This document shows positions 1 to 12,000 of a stretch of DNA of 20,000 bases, in pieces. How positions within the stretch are numbered: the stretch's first letter is position 1; each line of letters opens with the position of its first letter. Below the pieces are notes generated by a model, which saw nothing but the letters and a program-made list of their open reading frames with translations, was not told the DNA's origin and made no database searches. A program made the position numbers and the translations under genes. Origin of the DNA: Thraustochytrium aureum (lineage: Eukaryota); NCBI GenBank assembly GCA_012862495.1, contig BLSG01000343.1:120962-140961 (forward strand), given 5' to 3'.

Positions 1-1
1 T

Positions 2-2830
2 CTGCAGCACACGCGAAAGGCGGTCAAGGAAGAGATCGAGAGGAACGGTCGAAAGATCCAGGAGCAGCGCATCCTTCAGCGCAACAAGCAAGACAGGATT
101 ACCGAAGTGAAGCAAGAGATTGCCGCCCTCGACCGGCAGATGCAGTCCGGAAACGGGTGGACGCAAGAGCAGGAGAAGGCTCTGTCGCAGCTGCGAAAAC
201 GCGAGGCCGACCTGTCGCACCTGCTCGAGCAGCGGCTTACCAGCTTGCAAGTGAGTCGATCGGACGTCGAGCTTCTCACGGGCAACTTACGGGCGGTGGA
301 GGCGCGGAAGGTCGAGCTAGAGGCCGAGCTGGCCGGGATTCAGAGCCAGGTGGACGAAAACGAGGCAGCCTGCAAGAAAGCCCAAATGCGACGCGACAGA
401 GTCGACAACGATCTTCGCGCCCTCAAAGCCAATGTAGAGAGGTTTCAGCTCGAGCTCGCTGAGAAAGACCGTGTCATGGAGGCCGGCGAGGAGGAGCTCG
501 CAGCGCTAGACCAGCGCGTCAAGAATGCCAAGCAAAAGATGCAGGCCTACCTCAAACAGTATGACGAGCTGTTCCAGGAGACGCACAAGCTTACTGAGGA
601 GCTCGAAGACCAGACCCGCGTCAACGAGCACCTCACTGAGGTCGTCGGTGAGCGCGAGGCCGCGATTGAAGCCTTAGAGCGCGAGAAGAAGGTGTGCCTC
701 CGCGAATCGAAAACGCTGCAGGCGCAGATCGAGCACGCGCAAAAGCGCATCGCTGAGGTCGAGGAAGCCAAGTCGAAGGCCGAGGCCGAGCGGCTGGTGG
801 TCCGCGAGCGCTCGCGCGTCAGTGAGCACGAGATCGCGACGGCTCGCAAGCAGAACGACTCGTTGCAGCGCCAGGTCGACGACCTCGTCAAGGAGCGCGA
901 GATTCTTAACAAAACGCTCGTCAAAGCCGAGGAGCGCACCAAGCAGGTCCACGACCTTATCGCGGTGTACGGCAACTCGCGAAAGAACCTCGAAAACGAA
1001 ATCCAGGGCTACAAGACCGACGCAATCCGCGAGCGGCAGGCCATTGAGACGCTCGAAGAGGAGGTCCAAAAGTACGAGAAGCAGCTCAATATGGAGACGC
1101 AAACGTACCTGAACACCCTCGAGGAGGTCAAGATGGCCGACGCGCGAATCATCGAGCTGCAGAAAAGATACAAGAGGGCGAAACAAAACTCAAGCAGCAG
1201 GCCAACCTCTACGAGGCGGTTCGGAGTGACCGCAACCTGTATTCAAAAACCTCCTTGACGCGCAGGAGGATATTTCTGAGATGCGCCGTAAGTTAACTCT
1301 GACTGCACGCTTTGCGCGTGTGGAAAGGTGGGCGGGCAGAGCCGCTTGGCTTGGCTCGGCTCGGCTTGGCTCGGCCCGGCTCGGCTTGGCTCGGTTCGGC
1401 TCGGCTCGGCTTGGCTCGGCGGATCGCACATGCGCTCACTTACAGTATGCAATCACTTGTGCTTTGCACGCGCAGGCAAGTTCAAGATCATGAATCACCA
1501 AATCACGACGCTCAAAGACGAAATCACCGGCAAGGACCACAGCCTCGTAAAGGAGCACTTTGACCATCACAAAGTCGAAAAGGAGAGGGAGATCCTCAAA
1601 AACGAGTTGACCAAACTCCAGAAGCAAACTCTCTCTTCGGAGCAGATAATCGCCAGCCAGCAGGCCGAGCTCGTCAAGCTCACGCAGATCATGCACGGTA
1701 AGTTTTGGCTTCCCTCGTGGCTTCTTGAGACGGCCCAATCGCAAGCCGAGTGGGAGCCGACCTGACAGATTCCTCGCCTTGTGCTGCGCAACATCCACTT
1801 AGATGCCGAGGAGGAGCAATCTCGCCAAAGGAAGGAGTTTGGCAACATCGTCTCAGAGCGCGACCTTCTCGGAAGTCAGCTTATCCGCCGCAACGAGGAG
1901 CTGGCCAGCTTGTACGAGCGGATCAAGGTCCAGATGAGCGCGCTTCGCAAGGGCCAAGCCCAATACAACGAGATTGTCAAGCACCTGGCAAGTATGCGCA
2001 AGACTGCCATGGCGCTCAGAGAGGAGCGCCAAAAAGTCGACGACCAGGTTTCTGCTATCCCCGAGCTCGACGCGGAGCGGATTCAGCTTGAGCGTGAGAT
2101 TGCCCAAGAAAAAAGCAAGATCAAGGCGTTGAGCGACGAGATGGAGCGCCCTCTGAACGTGCACCGGTGGCGCAAACTAGAGAGCAGCGACCCGCAGCGC
2201 TTCGCTCTTATCCGAAAGATACAAGGCATGCAAGTCAAGCTGATCAAGAAGACGGAGGAGGTCGCGGTGAAGACGCAGCAGATAGAGGAGCAAGAGAAGC
2301 TGTACGTGGAGCTCAAGAACGTTCTAGCCCGCCAACCAGGGCCAGAGGTGGCAGAGCAGCTCGCCATGTACCAGCAAAACCTCAAAGACAAGCACCGCCA
2401 GATCAAGGAGATGGAGGCCCAGCTCGCCGCTAGCCGAGCGCAGGTGAACGAGCTCAAGTTTGAGATCGACTCGCTCAACCAAGAGGGCGCGAATCTGAAA
2501 AGCAAGTATATTGCGCGCAAGCGCCAAGAGCTCATGCAAGCGCAGCATAACAACAACGACGACGAATCGAGCGACGATGAATCGAGCGACAGTGACAGTG
2601 ACAGTGATAGCAGCAGCAGCAGCAGCAGCAGCAGCAGCTCGTCGAGGAACGGCAACGCAGCACGGCCAGCGGTGAAGCGAAGGGCAGAGGCAGATTCTGA
2701 GAGCGAGGACGAGAGCGGCGCCCAGGTACTTCGCAAGGGCAGTGCACACCGTTCAGTCGACGTGTCGGCTGCGGGGGTCGAGGTCGTCGCGAACTCGGTC
2801 GACCTCGGCTCGGAGTCTATGGACGTCTAA
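2..2830 (+). CDS. CFAP58: Cilia- and flagella-associated protein 58-like (CFAP58/CCDC147) coiled-coil protein, 5'-partial. Exons <2-1287, 1476-1697, 1803-2830; needs +1 nt at A-runs 1163-1166 and 1245-1249; ~845 aa inside the window.
   Basis: Frame is open from base 2. The reconstructed protein has the CFAP58-type segments KLKQQANLYEAVRSDRNLYSK(N)L..AQEDISEMRRKFKIMNHQI, KDHSLVKEHFDH, ERDLLGSQLIRRNEELASLYERIK, RPLNVHRWRKLESSDP and LARQPGPEVAEQL. Both splice junctions restore the frame; TAA at 2828-2830. Confidence 0.9.
1288..1475 (+). other. Spliceosomal intron 1 of the CFAP58-like gene (188 nt)
   Basis: GTAAGT donor at 1288 and CGCAG acceptor ending at 1475, with a branch-like GCTCAC near 1434. 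Splicing gives ATG CGC C|GC AAG TTC AAG = MRRKFK, matching the family motif. Confidence 0.9.
1346..1420 (+). repeat. Pentanucleotide tandem repeat (TYGGC)x15 inside intron 1
   Basis: Fifteen consecutive 5-mers TTGGC/TCGGC, including one CCGGC and one TCGGT variant. Confidence 0.95.
1698..1802 (+). other. Spliceosomal intron 2 of the CFAP58-like gene (105 nt)
   Basis: GTAAGT donor at 1698, branch-like CCTGAC at 1761-1766, TTAG acceptor ending at 1802. Splicing gives IMH-D-AEEEQSRQRKEF in frame. Confidence 0.88.
2558..2638 (+). repeat. Coding compound microsatellite: 15-bp duplication, (GACAGT)x3 and (AGC)x10, encoding a Ser/Asp-rich tract
   Basis: GACGAYGAATCGAGC x2 at 2558-2587, GACAGT x3 at 2588-2605, AGC x10 at 2609-2638; translates as DDESSDDESSDSDSDSDSSSSSSSSSS. 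Confidence 0.95.
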
Positions 2831-3063
2831 TTTGTAGAATCAGAACGTGTCTGCGACTTTTTCCCGACCTGTCTGGCCAAGGCAGAGCAGAGCCAGCTTC
2901 GCAACTTGACGCGATGACGGCGGCGAGAGGCGACCTTGCCGCGGGCTGCCTTGACAGGACGATGAGATAATTTACGAGCGCTGGCTTCGTCTTCTTTTTC
3001 TTTTTTCTGAAGCGAGCTCTGGGTTCGATTTCATTGTTGATTTTGATCTGATCAAGGACAGAA

Positions 3064-6000
3064 CTATCGCTTTTTTTGCGGCCTCCGCTTCGACTGGGCT
3101 TGCGCGAGGGCGTCGAGGACCCGGCGATCCGGCCGAGAGGATACTTTGGCCTGGGCAGCCGGCGCCATGTAGTCCGGGTGCGTGCCTCGAAGCTGGTAGG
3201 TCCACTGCATCTCTTCCGTAACGATCACCAGCTTGCCAGAGACAATCTTGCCGTACTCTGTTGGAGAGAAGGAGACCACGAACGAGGTACCTTCTTCGTC
3301 GTCGCTCGGCTTGAGAACCCCGGAAGTCGGATACACAGTGAACTGGTAGGCTGTATCGAGCGAGAGGTGCGCCTGGAACGACGCAGGAGTGGGGAACTGG
3401 TTGGTCAAAGCGAAGGAAACCGACGCTGTCTGATTCACAGCAGCCTGAATGTTGATCACGTCGTCGATGAGCGGATCTTCTGCTACAAGAGCAATCTGAA
3501 ATCGCCACCGGCCCCCAGACCGTCTTGCAATGACGAGGTCAACCGTGGTGCTGAAAGGCCGCAACGGCTGAAAGTCGACTTGGAACGGCAGCGGGGCAGA
3601 CGCGCTCTTGATTCGCGTCTCCAGAGGCGTGACCGCAAGGCTCCTGGCAACAAGGGCCTTGCTGTCTTCCGGGACGACCAGCTCGTGAAGAAAGGGCTCA
3701 GGCGATGAAACCAGTGCCAGGCCAGCGAGCGGCAGCTCGAGAACGACCGAGGCAGACTCTCGAGCTCGAACGCGAACCTGGAAAACTTCCACGTGCGGCG
3801 GGGCCTCGGCAAGGCCCTGTAGCGGGAAAGTCCACGTCATTTGCGCATCCTCCGTCTGAACGAGAATGGTGGCGGTACGTTCGGTCATTTCCTTTGGAGC
3901 AAACGAGAATGGTACCATGAGCGAGCTGAATGGTGCGACCGAGTGGATTGGCTTTGACATGAGGAGGCGAAAGTCGGCCGAGTCCGTCTCGAGGAGCGAG
4001 ACTGCCACCTTGAGGGGGGTTGCAAAGGGGTTGAGGAAGGCGAACGAAGACGACTCAGACTGCCCAACGCAGGCCGTAGCAGTCACCGGGGGCATAACTC
4101 CTGGGTGCTCCCCCTCGCCAGAGACGTGATATGCCCACTCGCCGAGTTGCTGGCTCGTAAACGTGACAGTACCGCGCTCTAGGGCGCCCACACTGCTGGG
4201 GAGGTACTCTATGGTCGCTGTCGTGCTGCCATACGGCCCGACGGTGGGGTTACTCGGGCGAACGGAGAAGTTTTGCCTGTTGTCGACCGAGCTTCGAAGC
4301 TCGACAGTCTCACCCGTGGGATTTTCGAGCACGACTTGCACTTGGGCGCGCACCCCAACAGGGCACCTGAGCGGGGGCAAGAACAACCGGGTCAGCTTGA
4401 AGCGCGTTCAGCTGAAGCTCGTACCAAACCTCGCCGACGCGGTCATTCGTAAACGAGATCGAACCCACTTGCTCGCCGTGCAGAAGAGGCGAGTAGATGA
4501 GCTCGTAGCTCGCGGTTTCGCGCGCTTCGAGCACAAACACCGGGTCCCCAAGGAGCCCGTGACCTTGCAATCCGACCTCAAACTCCACCGTCGTGTCCAG
4601 GGGGTTGACGAGAGTGATTTCCACCGCGACCGCCTTTCGCACGTACGATGTTATCTCCAACGTGTCCTCCGGGTTCGGGCTCGTCGCCCGGACCTCTATG
4701 GTGTACCACACGTACGGCTTGTCCGGGCCAAGCGAAAAGGTAATGGACCCCGTGTAAATTCCACCCAACAAGGGGTGCACCTTGAGCTCGTACTCTCCGG
4801 TGGTGCCCGGCTCGACAGTGATGAGGCTCTTCCCCGAAACATGCGCCATGTCCGACTCGACCGAGAAGCGCGAACCCGCTTGCTTGCCAAACTCGTTGGC
4901 GACTTTAAACTTTTGCACGATCTTCTCGCGCGCCTGGCACTCGATGACGATGTGGTCTTCGGCCAGTGGCTCTTTGCCCACGCCAGAGAGATTGTAGATC
5001 ATCGTTTCGTCAGTCGTGGTGTTGTGCAAGCTCAGTTTGCCCTTGTATTCGCCCACCCACGGAGCTTGAAACTCGAGGACATAGTCCACGTTGGCTCCGT
5101 CCGGCGGGACGGTAATTGCTCGCCTTCCTGTGAAGCACGGCGCCCCTTCAAAGTTGGCCTGGATCGTCCAGACCAAGCACGAGGTGTTCATGATTGGGAT
5201 GCCTTGCATGATCTTTTGGCGTGCTGGTGCCGTGAAGTCAAGCTCGGAAGTGATAGGCGGTGTCGTCGCAGTACACTCGAGCTCTATGAGGCGAACCTGC
5301 GTGCCCGAGTTCAGCAGCACCCTGCACGGGTAGATGCCAGCAGTCTGTGGCGTAAATTCGATGCAAAGTTCGTGCTGCTGCGGTGCTTGGGGTGCTTTGC
5401 TCGCCCTCGACACCAGGCCGCTTCGAGAGCCTGCGCTTGAAGCACTCCCTCGCCTCCCCAAGGCATCGGGCTCCGCCTCCAACGCGGCCGACGCGGCAGC
5501 AGACGCCGCTAGAGCCTTGATATCGCGGACCATGTAGCGCGACGGTGCCGTGTAGAAGGGGGAGTCGACCTGCACGTCGAACGCGACGAGGTCGACCGGG
5601 ACCTTGGCAGAGAGGCCTGTAAAACCGCTTTCGCCAGGCGGAAGTTGGCCGAGGGCCCTATCCAGCAGCTTGTTGCTGAGGGGAATGTTGATGAGCTTCG
5701 TTACCGTCGTCTTGGCCTCGGCGGTAAAGGTTATGCGCTCTGCTGGCGCTGGACGCGCTGCCTCGCCAAGAATTTCATATAGAAACTCGCCTGCACTCTC
5801 GTCCAGAAAGACCATCTGGCACTTGTACTGGCCAGGCATGAACGGGAGGAACTGAACCTTCACGACAGTGGACTCGAGGGGTTTGAGCTTTATCACGGTC
5901 GTCTTGGTCGTGAAGGCGTCCGGCAGCTTCTCATTGAGCGGGTGCTCAACATTGGTCTCGTCTGCCACCCGCGGGTTGCTTGCAACTTTTTTCCGCCGCG

Positions 6001-9000
6001 GCTGCTGGCGACGTTTCTGGGACTCGCTGCCCTGCGCTGCTTTCCCGGCGGCCTTGGCCTTTTTGGAGCCCCCGGGCAGAAGATTTGCGTCAACGGCGCA
6101 GTCCTGCACGAACGTGAGCTGGAACTTGCTCTCGAGATTGAACGGATTTACCACCTCCACGTCAACCATGAGGCTTTCGTACGTCCGGGTTGAGCATTTA
6201 ATTGTGCGAATCGAGCGCCGCGAGTGAACCGCCGAGACAAGGCGAAAAACGAGCGCCGAAGCCGAGCCGCCGCTCGGGACCAACGCTTTGCCTGGCGCCC
6301 CTGCTTCAGCCAGAGTTGTCTCGCGTGCTTGCGCGGCTTCAGCCGGGGCAGGTGCGGCGGATTCGGAGAGCATAGCTGGCGCCCCTCCACCTCCAGTGTT
6401 GCGGTCGGGCTTGAGCATGAGCGTAGCCTCGACGTGCTTTGAGAAGCGGCTGGTGAGCTCGACGGGCACCGAGGCGGTCCCATGCGGCTCGATGAATACC
6501 GTGTTGCTACTGATCGCAAAGTCGCGCGACCCGTCGAGCGTGATGTTGTACCCCACCACCTGGCTTGAGGGGTTGCGCAGCTCGATGCTCTTGGTCACCC
6601 GAGAACCCAACGAGCAGGAGAACTCGATGGTCGCCTTGGGCATAAATTGGGGCAGCGTCTGGAAGAGCGAGAGTACAAACAAGAGGTTGTCGCGCGCGTT
6701 CCCAACAGCAGGGAGCATATCCTCCGGGGAAAGGGTGTAGTCCAGACCGAGCTCCTTGACCGCGGACATGAGTGAGCGCAGGTTGGACAAACACTGCGGC
6801 TCTTCTGTGGGCTCCAGTATGACTCCGTTAAGCGCGCGGCCAGGCAGGATCAGGGAAGGAACATGCGACGCAACAAGCATGCACAGCACGACGCCGCTCC
6901 CAAGATCACTGTCAAAGTTGAGCACCGGCTCGTGGTGGCGAAAGGCGCTGACCTGGTTGGCGCCGAGGACGTCCGCCGCGGGGACGCCACCGCCCCCAGA
7001 GGCGAGCAAGAGGTTGGCGCCCCGTGCGGCGTGGTCACTCAGCCAATGCAGCAGAACCGTTTCCGCGGTGCTGTAGATGTTGCTCCCTGGCGCGCCGAGC
7101 ATCTTGAGCGTGGCCGAAGACAGCGTAGAAGCCCCTGGAAGGGCTTTGTAGTGCTTTACAGTCACGCGGTTCAGCACGAACAGCTTGAGGACCTGGAAGA
7201 GCACCCCGCTCCAGGCGTTGAGCGACACGGAGGCGTACTCGCGCTCAAACTGATGCCTACGCTGAAGTGCCTGCCCGTGGGCCATGCTGAAGGTGGAGGC
7301 AGACGCAGAGGCGCTCATGATGACGGTCATTCCAGAGCCCGAACCGCCCTCCCCAGAGCCGCCTTCCGACGCGTGATACTCGCGCTCGCGAAAGCGGACG
7401 TAGTGGTCCTTGCCGAGAAACTGCTCGGGACGGATCTCGTGCAGGAGGGCGCCGCGCGTTTTGAGAAACTTTAGCATGGCTGCGTATTGCGCCACGAGCA
7501 GCGGGACTTGCTCCTTGCCCTGCTTCTTGCTCGAGCTGGCCGAGCCTCGCATCCGCCCGGGTACAGTCTTGCCGGAAAGTGACTCTACGATGTCGAAGAG
7601 CTGCTTGCCGTTCCCGCGGACTAGATCCGCAGGGAACTCGTTCACGGGAATCTTGAAAGCGTTGAGGTTGAGGAAGCGGACCATGTTGTTGGTGGAAACT
7701 GCGCACATGACGCCGTCTCTACCAAAGACGCGTCCGCCACGAACGGCTCTCCCGGCTGCCGCCGAGCAGCAGCCGCGCTCAGGCCGGGTGCGAGGCCGAG
7801 GATGGTGCCCATCGTGGAGGTTCGCTGCATTCCGCGTCCGAGCCTTGGTCTTCCTGCAATTTTGCCTTGCTCGCCGCTTTCGCCGTCCAGGCCAAGGGTG
7901 GCCGTGCTTCCGTCAATCGTGGGCATGTCATCGGTAAGGAGGAACTGGACCGGTCGGAGGGGGTCAGTAGCGACGAATTCGAACACGTCCCGCACTGCAG
8001 CCACGAAAGGAAACGTGGTGAACAGACAGTTGTCCGTCGTGCCGGTGACATGGATCCCAAAGCGGTTGCCCTCCTGGTCGACGAAATCGATCTTTGCGGT
8101 GAACGACATGGGCTTGCGCGAGGAAAACACCACCTCGACAGGGACTTCGGTGCGTCCAACGCCAATGTTGCGGCCCTCTGGAAAGTTGACTTCGAGGGGA
8201 ATGCGCTGGCTTTCTGGGGGGAGGCGTGTTTGGAGCTCGAGGTTCTCGTACCCATCGTTTTGAACCAGGAAACGGCCCACGGCCTGCACGCCAAGGGGAA
8301 CTGTGGGCAGAACGACCTCGCGCGTGTCGAAACGCAACTTGGGAAACATGCCGGCGCCGAGGAGGTTGAGGCGCAGGTACTCGACGTCGGTGTCGTCATT
8401 GAGGTAAATCGGCGTCGTGGCCGAGTATTGCACCTCGTCCGCGGGCAAGAAGCCCACCTTGACCACGCAGGAATCGCCGGGATCAAGCTGGCCGCGCGTC
8501 GGCTTGACGGTGAACGCGGAGGGCGATCCGTCTTCAGCCCGCAGTGTACCTACACCGACTTCCCACCGCAGCGGCTCGCTGTGGTTGTTGGTCACTGTCA
8601 CCTCGCGGTAAAACGGTATCTTTTTGACGCGGTCGCGGGCGACTACACGCGTGTCAAAGTTGACTGTCGTCGTTGAAAGCAAAAGCTTGGGGCGGAGCCC
8701 TTCGGCGAGCACAGCGTGCTTGAGCATGGCCCCGCGACCGGCAAGACGGAGCGGGAGCGGGAAGTCGTGCTGGATCTGCTTCGCGGGCGAGAATGTGAGG
8801 TTGACCAGAAGCGTTTGCTGCGGGGGCACCTTGATCTGGAACACACTGCACTCCTCCTCAAGGTCGCGAAAGTCCTCGTCCTCTTCTGCGAGGTTTCCCG
8901 ATGGCGCGATGTCAGCTGCCGTGACGGGGCGCAAGCAGCTCTCGAGGTCGTCTTCTTCGTACCCGCCCTCCTTGAGATTGCTCTCGGCGAGCGAAACTTC

Positions 9001-12000
9001 AAACTCGGGGTGCGCCGACATGTCGAGCGTGATCAGGGCAGGCACAGCGCTCTTGTTGCTGAGCGACACTATGCGCGTCGAGCTCGACCCGATGGTGACG
9101 CCTTGGAAGTCAGTTTCGTCCGTAGCTAGCTCGACATCTGGCAGGACGGCCTCGCACAGCACAGGAAGGCGCAGGTCGCGCCCGCCTCGGAGCTGAACTG
9201 TGATAAAGTGGACCGAGGAGTCGAGTCGCGTTGGCCGCGTTGCGAGAAAGCTCACGGCCAACGGGATCGAAGCGCCTGGGGGCACCTTGCCCCTGTCCGG
9301 GCTAATGCGGACCCCCTCTGGAAGCTCGCCGACAAAGAAGACGGCTGAGAAGTTGCCCGTGTTGCGCAGCTCCACGGAGCGCGACTGCTCGATGCTCACC
9401 GGAACTTGGCCAAGATCAAGGCGGCGTTCGACAAACGAGCACACCGGCTCCTCGATCTGACCCGAGCAGGCGAGAACCTCGTCATAACCTCCTCGCACGC
9501 GCAAAAGCAGGTTTTCTTCCTTGGGCGCTCGGGAGCTTGGCGCAAAGGTAACCACAACCGTCTTGCTCTGAAAGGGTTCAATCACGTCCGACTCGGGCTC
9601 CACAGAAAAGGCCGAGTGAGAAGCCCCCGCGCCCGGCGAGGACATGCCAACGCCTCCGGGGCTTGCGCGGCCCGGGCCATTCGGCGAACCAGCGGCGCTC
9701 TCTCGCACTGGCCGCGAGTGAACCCACTGAAAACGGGCTGGCGCGTTGCCGGTGTTGGTCAGCGTGACCGTCTCTGAGGTTTCGGCGCTGAGATTTTCGT
9801 CTCCGAAGGACATGTGGAGAACAGGGTTGCTGAGCTCGACCTTGATGGGAATCACCTCGGCGCAGACCGTGAGCTTGAACCGGTGCTGCCCGTTGACGAC
9901 ATATGTGAGGGTCTGGCGAAACTTGTTTGCTTGCCCCTGTGGCGGCTGCGCCGTGCTGAGAAAGATGACATCAAAGCCGGCTTTGCCGCCCGGCGGAATG
10001 ACCTGGCTCGGCGGGTGCGAGGCGGCAAGTTCGTCGTGCTCGTCGAAGAGAACCTCGATGAGGATGTTGTGCGCAAGGTCGTTGGTGATGCCGAGGCACT
10101 TTGCGTTGCGCGAGTTGACTGAAACCGTCCCGAAATCGATCGTCTTGGGGGTGGCGCCAACCAGGACGAGGTCGGTCGAGTTGATCATCGTTGCGCAGTC
10201 GATAATTTCCGCTTGGCTGGTGGGCTTGGGCTTGTACTTGCGCTTGAGAAGCTTGTTCTCGTCGTGCTTCTTGCTCCGGTGACGACGCCGCCCGCCAGCG
10301 GCGGCAGCCGCAACGCCGCCAGCACCAGGGACCTCCATTGGGCGCTCCAGCCAGAGCGGCTCGACCTCGGTGGGGACGTCGAGGCGTGGGCTTGCAAGAC
10401 CGCCGTGCGGGTCGATGTCAAGGTCATCGGCGGGAGTAGGAGAGTCGGACGCTTCGGCGCGGCGGCGGGCTCGAGCTGCCGAAGCACGGGGTTGTCGATG
10501 CCGTCGTCTTCTTCGCTGCTGCTAGGTTCGCCAATCATGCGACTCTTCAGCGTCCGGCGGCGTTCGCAGTCGAGCGCCTTGGTCTTTGACTTGTCTTTGC
10601 GCGCCGCTGCAGCTTGTCGCTTCTGGAGCCGCGCGTCGTAGGCGCGCTTCAGAAAGTCGGCGTACTGGTCGCGGTGCGTCTGCTTTCGAATCAGGTCCGA
10701 GGTTGGGTATGTGTACTGCGGGTCAAAGGTCTTGACGCCCCCAAACACCTCGTCGCCGTTCTCGTCAGAGTCCTCTCCGACGAACTCCCCATCGGCCGGA
10801 GCTGCAGCGGCGTAGACCGCCTCAGCGGCTTGGTTTCCACTCGGGCCCGTGCTGCCAGAGCCAGAGGCACCCTGGGCACCGTCTCGCTTGAGAGGGCTGC
10901 CTAGTTCGACCTCCCGCTGAGCCATTTTGGCCTTTTCCCATGGTGGAAGGCGGCGGAAGCGCGGCTTGCGCTTGCCTTGACGGCGCACTTCCTCCTCGTT
11001 GACAAACTTCACCTCGGGCTGAAAGTCAGCGGGGATCGCATCCGTGCCCCCGGGAAGCCGTTTTCGCGGCCCAAGTGAGCTGCAGCTCGCGCTGAGGCCC
11101 AGCGGGACCACTCCAACGCCCTTGTTGAGCACGAGGTGAACCGTATTGCGAAAGGTGCCCATCTGCCCAGGCATGAAGGTGAGCAGGACGGTCTGCGACT
11201 GGCCCGGGAGGAGCTTGCCTTGCGAGGGCTTGGCGGTGAAGAAGGCAATCTTGTTGATTGAGAACTCGATGGGCAGCTCTTCGCCTTTGTTGGCGATGAT
11301 GAACTGCATGTCGCGCCGGTCGTTTGTCGGGCACTCGCCGAAGCGGAACACCTTGCGGCTCACGCTAACTTGCGGCTTGAGCGCACGCCCTTGCAGCGCC
11401 AGCGGAACCTGCTGCTGCGTTTCTGCGCAAGCAATGACGGCGTCGAGCGAGAGGTCCACGGCGTTGAACAGGTTGGTGTCGCCGCGTGCTTTGAAGCCCT
11501 TGGGCTGCTTCGGCTTTTTCGGAGCAAAGGTCAGCACGATGGGGATTTGCTCGTACGGGTTGAGCACGCCTTCGCAGGGCGACACCGTAATGGGCGAGGA
11601 GTCTTCAAGCGAGTTGGCAAAGCCTGCTGGCGAATCGTCGCTTGCACCATGGCGTGGAGCACCCTGATGCTCGCCGTCATCGCTGTCGGCCCGCGGGGTC
11701 AGTGTATAGAGCTCATACCCAGCCCCTGGCCGGAACGAGATGCTATACTGGCTCGGCTGCGGCCCGTTGTTGACCAGGAGCACGGTCTGCGCCCGAGTCT
11801 GGCCAAAGTAAAGGCTGCCAAACTTGATTTTCGGCGCCACAGCGCCGCCTCCGTTCGGATGAACGAGCTCGAGGGTCTGCTCCACGGTGTTGGCAGTCAG
11901 GTCGAGCAGCTGGGCGGCTTGGCCCTTGAACGCCACGTTTACACAGCCTCGAAACGCGCCGACTTCCGCCCCGTGAAACTCGACCTTGATGCGCTCCGAA

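Noticed and set aside
1190..1563. Repeat-protein ORFs (AEPSR/LGSAR repeats)
   Set aside because: These are translations of the intronic pentamer microsatellite; the GT-AG intron explains the region.
4163..5440. 425-aa + strand ORF and other long antisense ORFs (e.g. 11370-12476, 7867-8676, 17546-18496)
   Set aside because: Shadow ORFs opposite real GC-rich genes, with no recognisable motifs.
7700..7800. Small introns explaining the CFAP47 frame breaks
   Set aside because: No GTAAGT-like donor with a matching acceptor as in the two real introns; single-base corrections restore the frame. The exact position here remains uncertain.
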